DNA of 38,485 nt from assembly GCA_964559635.1 (NCBI GenBank), contig CAZLIR010000001.1, positions 1 to 38,485 of the forward strand, in the 5' to 3' direction. Position numbers and translations under genes: made by a program. Under the pieces are notes generated by a model. The model made no database searches. It had not been told where the DNA came from and saw only the letters and a list, made by a program, of their open reading frames with translations. The stretch comes from an uncultured Enterobacterales bacterium (GTDB lineage: Bacteria; Pseudomonadota; Gammaproteobacteria; Enterobacterales; GCA-2746155). This document shows, piece by piece, positions 33,629-38,485 of the stretch (positions within the stretch are counted from its first letter, which is position 1; the number at the start of each line of letters is the position of its first letter).

Positions 33629-34279
33629 TTGAACGGTCCGGATCCAAATGACAAAGAGCCAATCAGAGGCGTTCCTCAGGTTGGTTTCTTAAAAAACTAC
33701 ATAAATAATGACAACATCAATGTTGGTGATTACACCTATTATGATGATCCTGATGGTCCGGAGAGATTTGAGCAGAATGTGCTCTATCACTTTCCATTTA
33801 TCGGCGATAAACTCGTTATAGGTAAATTTTGCGCCATTGCCAAAGATGTAAAATTCATCATGAATGGTGCAAATCACAAGACTTCAGGATTTTCTACATA
33901 CCCATTTTATATCTTTGCCAATGGTTGGGAGAGTGTGACCCCTCAACCTGGGGAGTTGCCTTACAAAGGAGATACAGAGATAGGTCATGACGTTTGGATT
34001 GGTTATGATACAACTATCATGCCTGGTGTGAGTATTGGTAGTGGTGCTATCGTAGCCAGTAAGTCGGTCGTAACAACAGATGTCCCTGCCTATAGCATCG
34101 TTGGTGGTAATCCAGCTAAAGTCATTAAGTATCGCTTTGATGAGTCGACTATTGATTCCCTTCTTGCAGTTTCATGGTGGGACTGGGATATACAGGTCAT
34201 AACAGACAATTTAGAAGCAATCACTAACTGCGATTTAGAGCACTTAAAAACAGCTTATCAAGCGCATTCAAAGTCATAA
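33629..34279 (+). CDS. Vat-like xenobiotic (streptogramin A type) O-acetyltransferase, hexapeptide-repeat family
   Basis: Collinear by eye with Vat(D)/XAT proteins: GPDPN...VGDYTYYDD...[47 protein letters not shown]...GWE...[73 protein letters not shown]. The likely start is TTG 33629 (GAGG 8 nt upstream) or GTG 33620. The track start at 33530 is too long. Confidence 0.85.
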   Translation: MNGPDPNDKEPIRGVPQVGFLKNYINNDNINVGDYTYYDDPDGPERFEQNVLYHFPFIGDKLVIGKFCAIAKDVKFIMNGANHKTSGFSTYPFYIFANGWESVTPQPGELPYKGDTEIGHDVWIGYDTTIMPGVSIGSGAIVASKSVVTTDVPAYSIVGGNPAKVIKYRFDESTIDSLLAVSWWDWDIQVITDNLEAITNCDLEHLKTAYQAHSKS

Positions 34280-34463
34280 TCACCTGATTAGTGCGTACTT
34301 ATCCTGAGTTTCTATGTTCCAAATTTGATGGGTCATATGCGAACGAGTGGCACGTGCATGTCGCATAAATATAACTTTAATGTTGGACATTTCAGTATCT
34401 AAAATATAGGTTGTCTATATCTATTACGAAAATCAGAAGCTATTCTGATAAGGATACAAAACC

Positions 34464-35555
34464 ATGACAATCCTCCGTAGTACTCAAACATGCACCTCGC
34501 GTTTGCTTCTATTATGCCTCTCCCTACTCTTATTACCGGCCTGCTCTGATACTGAAGAAGAGGTTGCTGAGGTAAAGCCACGCATGGTTCAAACGCAAGT
34601 GATCAACTTACGTCAGACGGATAATTATCTCGAATTTCCCGGTCAAGTCAGTGCCTCACAAACCGCTCAATTGGGTTTCCGCATTGCCGGTAAATTATCA
34701 CAGATGAATGTCAGAGAGGGCGAGGAAGTTGCTAAAGATACACTTCTAGCCGCATTAGATGATACGGATTATGCCATTCAACTAGAAGCTCGACAGGCTG
34801 ATTACGACCGAGCGAATGCTGACTTCACCCGCGGCAAACAACTCATCGAGAAAAACCTGCTTGCCAGAGCCGATTTTGACAAGTTAACCGCTCAGCGAAC
34901 CTCTGCGCTCTCAAGCCTCAATGCTGCAAAACAGAACATGATTTATACCCAGCTCAAAGCGCCTTTTGATGGCATTATCGGCAAGCAGCATGTTGAGAAT
35001 TTCGAAGATGTTAATGTCATGCAATCGATATATACCATTCAGGATCTTTCCATTTTGAAGATTAAGGTCGCTTTACCTGAAACTGTCATGATTTCGGCAA
35101 GAGAGGGTAAAAATGCCAGAGTGCGAGCATTGTTTGATTCAATACCCGGCAGAGAATTTCCCCTTGTCGTTGATTCCGCATCAACGGAGGCTGATCCTGG
35201 TTCCAAAACATTTGAAGTAACGTTTACTATGCCAAGCGTTGAGGGTGTGAATATATTACCGGGTATGTCTGCAACCGTTCGAGCAACACCCTCTGTCGCG
35301 GAGGAGGAAACCAATATCATTGTACCTGCACATGCAGTCATTGCGGATACCTTCGGCAAGGCGGTGTTCGTTGTTGAAAATATTCAAGACAATCAAGGGA
35401 CAGTTGTCAGACGGTCGGTTGAAACCGGCTTATTAGGTGACTCAGGTATCGTTATTTTGTCAGGGCTCAACGAGGGTGATCATGTGATCACCGCAGGCAT
35501 GAGTCGAGTCAATGAGGGCCTCGTTGTTCGTTTGAGCAAGGAATGGACTAAATGA
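34464..35555 (+). CDS. RND efflux periplasmic adaptor (membrane fusion protein), lipoprotein
   Basis: 363 aa with a lipobox LLLPACS. Biotinyl-lipoyl-like GKLSQMNVREGEEVAKDTLLAALD and a coiled-coil region are present. YTQLKAPFDGIIG is the typical HlyD_D23 hairpin return. The stop overlaps the permease ATG (ATGA). Confidence 0.85.
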   Translation: MTILRSTQTCTSRLLLLCLSLLLLPACSDTEEEVAEVKPRMVQTQVINLRQTDNYLEFPGQVSASQTAQLGFRIAGKLSQMNVREGEEVAKDTLLAALDDTDYAIQLEARQADYDRANADFTRGKQLIEKNLLARADFDKLTAQRTSALSSLNAAKQNMIYTQLKAPFDGIIGKQHVENFEDVNVMQSIYTIQDLSILKIKVALPETVMISAREGKNARVRALFDSIPGREFPLVVDSASTEADPGSKTFEVTFTMPSVEGVNILPGMSATVRATPSVAEEETNIIVPAHAVIADTFGKAVFVVENIQDNQGTVVRRSVETGLLGDSGIVILSGLNEGDHVITAGMSRVNEGLVVRLSKEWTK

Positions 35556-38485
35556 ATATCACCAAGCTTGCGATTGACAATAATCGTCTCACATTAATTG
35601 CTTTTCTATTAATCTTTCTGGGTGGTATTCAGGTATTTAATCAAATGCCGCGGGATTACGATCCCGGCTTTATTGTCCGTGCGGCACAGGTAGTGACTTA
35701 TTTCCCGGGAGCCAGTCCTGAGAGGGTAGAACAATTAATATCATCAAAAATAGAAGATGTCGCAAAAGAAATACCTGAGCTGGACTTTGTGACCAGTGAG
35801 TCAAGAACTGGTGTCTCTGTTGTCATTGTGAACATCAAAGAAAGCTATACTGAAATGCGCCCAATCTGGGATAACTTACGCCGAAAGATTGAGGATATTG
35901 AGGCAGATTTACCGTCAGGTACCGTAGGTCCTTTTGTGAACGATGAATTTGGCGATGTCTATGGCATTGTCATGACGGTCACCGGTGATGGCTTAAGTTA
36001 CGCTGAACTTGAAAACATCACCGAGGATGTTAAAACCCAGCTGCAGTTTGTCTCCGAAGTGGCAAAAATTGACATTCTGGGCAAGCAGGACGAGATCATT
36101 TATGTCGAATACAATAACAGCCGTCTGTCTGAATTAGGATTATCCTCTAACCAGCTGTCACAGATTCTCTCAGCACGCAATATTGTCCTTTCCGGTGGTT
36201 CAGTGAATCTCGGCAAGGAAACCATTGCCCTCGAACCCACGGGTAACTTTGAGTCAATCGAGGATATTGGCAACACCGTTATCAAATCGCCCAAGACCAA
36301 TCAGGTCATACTACTGCGCGATATTGCCACCATTAAACGCGACTATGTTGACCCGCCCAAGTCATTCGTAAACAGTTCAGGCCAAAGAGCGCTGGCTGTT
36401 GCCATTTCAATGCGTGAGGGCGGTAATAATATTCTGCTTGGGGAGATGGTCAAAGCCGAAATTGAGAAATTTGAGCAGCAATATCCGATTGGTATCGAGT
36501 TTGATTTGATTAACTTCTCACCAGCTGAAGTTGATGCCAAGGTAAAGGATTTTGTCAATAATCTGCTGCAAGCGGTACTTGTTGTATCGGCTGTTATGTT
36601 GGTCAGTCTTGGAGTTCGCACCGGGATTATTGTCGCCATCCTGATCCCAACCACCATGCTATTGTCGCTAATTGTCATGGATCAGTTCTCAATTGGTTTG
36701 GATCAAATTTCTCTGGCTGCGTTGATCATTGCGTTGGGGATGTTGGTTGATAATGGCATCGTGATGTCTGAGAACATTATGGTGGAAATGAAAAAAGGTA
36801 AATCGGCGATTCAGGCCGCAATTGATTCAGCTAACGAATTAAAAACACCACTCATGACGGCATCGCTGACAACGTCGGCAGCGTTTTTACCCATATTTCT
36901 CGCCGAGTCTAGTGTCGGTGAATTTACTGCATCCTTGTTTAAGGTAGTGACCATCACCTTGATCTGTTCATGGGTTATCTCATTGACGATTATTCCGTTG
37001 CTGTGTGTTTATTTTATGAAGGTGACGCCGGTAGAAGATAAGTTTGATACGCCCATTTATGAGCGCTATAAAAGTCTGCTGCACTGGTTGCTGAAAAATA
37101 GAAGCATCACACTTGTTGGCACTCTGGTGATATTCATAATCGTGATTAAAGCAGCTACGTCGTTGCCGAGCATGTTTTTCCCGCCATCAGACAGGACCTA
37201 CTACAAGATTGAAGTGACCATGCCAACCGGCAACTCGCTTGAGGATACTCAATCAGTGCTTCAGGATATGGAGCGCTATATTGATGCCGAACTAAAAATA
37301 AATGACAACCGAGCAGAGGGGATTACTAGTTACATTACATACATTGGTAATGCAGGACCGCGCTTTGTGTTGTCCCATAACCCTAAGCCCTCCACAAACA
37401 ACTATGCGTTGATCGTCGCGAATGTTACAACCGCTGAAGTTATCGATGAGTTGATGACTTCGATGGATGGCTATGTCAGTGATCGGTATCCCGATATGAT
37501 CCTCAAGCAAAAACGCATTGAGAATGGACCATCGGTAGATAATCCGGTTCAGGTCAGATTGTCAGGTGAGCGCTCAGAGGCACTATTTGCCGCCGTGGAA
37601 GATTTGCGTCAGCACATGCAAACAATTCCGGAATTGATGAGTATCAGTGATGATTGGGGTCAGCAAATTAAGAAATTAGAGATCGATATTGATCAGATCC
37701 GTGCACAAAGAGCCGGCTTGACTAGTCAGGACATCGCTCTGTCATTACAAACCAGTTTGAGCGGCTTGGAGCTGACAGAATATCGTGAGGGCGAAGATAG
37801 TATTCCGGTGTTGATGCGAACAGAAAATAGCATGGATTATGATATCAATCAGGTGCGCTCTCTGTCTGTGTACTCACAATCCACAGGTGACGCTGTGCCG
37901 CTTAAGCAAGTGGCTGACGTGAAATTGGTGTGGGACCTCTCAGTGATCTTCCGTCGCGATGGTATTCGCACGGTCACATTGGGTGCCCAGATCCTTGGCT
38001 CAGCGAGTGTCGCGGATATTGTCGCTCAATTAGACCCCTGGTTGCAGGACAAGCAGGCCAATGATTGGGGAGCCAGCGTTGATTTTACCTATGGTGGTGA
38101 AACCGAGAGTTCATCAAAAGCAAACCAGTCAATCATGGATAAACTTGGCATTGCAGGAATGATTATTCTGTTAGTGTTAATTAGTCAATTTAATAGTATT
38201 CGTAAAGCCGGTATTGTTTTGATGACTATTCCGTTGGGTTTGATTGGCGTCATCATTGGCCTATTACTGACGAACTCATACCTTGGTTTCATGACCCTGC
38301 TCGGGATTATTTCTCTAGCTGGTATTGTGATTAATAATGCCATTGTATTGCTCGAGCGAATTCAGTTAGGTCTCGAGGCGGGCATGACACAGGTCGAAGC
38401 GATCATCGACTCCTGTATCCAACGTGCACGACCTATTTTACTGACCACAGCTACAACCGTGTTGGGATTGATTCCACTGTATCTC
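35552..38485 (+). CDS. RND efflux permease (AcrB/HAE1-like), 3'-truncated by the window edge
   Basis: Not in the supplied ORF track because it has no in-window stop. I translated the start by hand: MNITKLAIDNNRLTLIAFLLIFLGGIQVFNQMPRDYDPGFIVRAAQVVTYFPGASPERVEQ. I also spot-checked two later stretches in this frame: one near 36700-36760 gives ...SLAALIIALGMLVDNGIV, and the window end gives ...TTATTVLGLIPLYL. If the frame stays open throughout, that is 978 codons; I did not translate every codon. Confidence 0.9.
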   Translation, partial: MNITKLAIDNNRLTLIAFLLIFLGGIQVFNQMPRDYDPGFIVRAAQVVTYFPGASPERVEQLISSKIEDVAKEIPELDFVTSESRTGVSVVIVNIKESYTEMRPIWDNLRRKIEDIEADLPSGTVGPFVNDEFGDVYGIVMTVTGDGLSYAELENITEDVKTQLQFVSEVAKIDILGKQDEIIYVEYNNSRLSELGLSSNQLSQILSARNIVLSGGSVNLGKETIALEPTGNFESIEDIGNTVIKSPKTNQVILLRDIATIKRDYVDPPKSFVNSSGQRALAVAISMREGGNNILLGEMVKAEIEKFEQQYPIGIEFDLINFSPAEVDAKVKDFVNNLLQAVLVVSAVMLVSLGVRTGIIVAILIPTTMLLSLIVMDQFSIGLDQISLAALIIALGMLVDNGIVMSENIMVEMKKGKSAIQAAIDSANELKTPLMTASLTTSAAFLPIFLAESSVGEFTASLFKVVTITLICSWVISLTIIPLLCVYFMKVTPVEDKFDTPIYERYKSLLHWLLKNRSITLVGTLVIFIIVIKAATSLPSMFFPPSDRTYYKIEVTMPTGNSLEDTQSVLQDMERYIDAELKINDNRAEGITSYITYIGNAGPRFVLSHNPKPSTNNYALIVANVTTAEVIDELMTSMDGYVSDRYPDMILKQKRIENGPSVDNPVQVRLSGERSEALFAAVEDLRQHMQTIPELMSISDDWGQQIKKLEIDIDQIRAQRAGLTSQDIALSLQTSLSGLELTEYREGEDSIPVLMRTENSMDYDINQVRSLSVYSQSTGDAVPLKQVADVKLVWDLSVIFRRDGIRTVTLGAQILGSASVADIVAQLDPWLQDKQANDWGASVDFTYGGETESSSKANQSIMDKLGIAGMIILLVLISQFNSIRKAGIVLMTIPLGLIGVIIGLLLTNSYLGFMTLLGIISLAGIVINNAIVLLERIQLGLEAGMTQVEAIIDSCIQRARPILLTTATTVLGLIPLYL

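Noticed and set aside
34336-34367. An inverted repeat TATGCGA-N18-TCGCATA with an internal GCACGTGC palindrome lies between the acetyltransferase gene and the RND operon.
   Set aside because: The stem is short, the loop is long and no T-tract follows, so it is a poor terminator. It could be an operator, but no regulator is nearby and the symmetry is imperfect. The evidence is too weak to call.
1-38485. I scanned the whole window for CRISPR arrays, tRNA/rRNA genes, IS elements, integrases and obvious island boundaries around the photosystem.
   Set aside because: I saw no regularly spaced repeats, no cloverleaf-like sequences in the intergenic regions, and no transposase or integrase motifs in any long ORF. 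Compositional shifts could not be computed by hand.

Overview
This 38.5 kb window is chromosomal-looking and gene-dense, with about 30 real genes. By eye it has a moderately low GC content. I found no rRNA, tRNA, CRISPR array, transposase or integrase. The gene content (two TonB-dependent receptors, a TBDR-linked flavin halogenase, a type IV pilin, RND efflux) suggests a marine Gammaproteobacterium, but that is inference only.

The centrepiece is a complete rhodopsin 'photosystem' at 4006-11219. It consists of a proteorhodopsin-type opsin followed on the same strand by crtE-crtI-crtB-crtY-blh-idi, which is every step from IPP to all-trans-retinal. Several junctions have overlapping stop and start codons. 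The opsin has the proton-pump triad D/T/E, the Schiff-base lysine, and Gln at the spectral tuning position, which predicts blue absorption.

Other notable content:
- A stand-alone BLUF blue-light sensor sits at 25701-26141.
- An orphan PAS histidine kinase and a cNMP-binding protein with no recognisable DNA-binding domain lie upstream of the opsin.
- A two-gene module pairs a type IV pilin with a PilB/GspE ATPase that carries an unusual C-terminal receiver-like extension.
- A minus-strand locus contains a TonB-dependent receptor, a sulfotransferase, a flavin halogenase and an Asp/Asn beta-hydroxylase. Its substrate is unknown.
- Several exported flavoprotein oxidases and hydrolases are present.
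- A detoxification block contains a nitroreductase, a Vat-like acetyltransferase and an RND pump.

The RND permease (35552 to the window end) is missing from the supplied ORF track because it runs off the window edge. All functional calls come from motif recognition by eye; no database search was possible.
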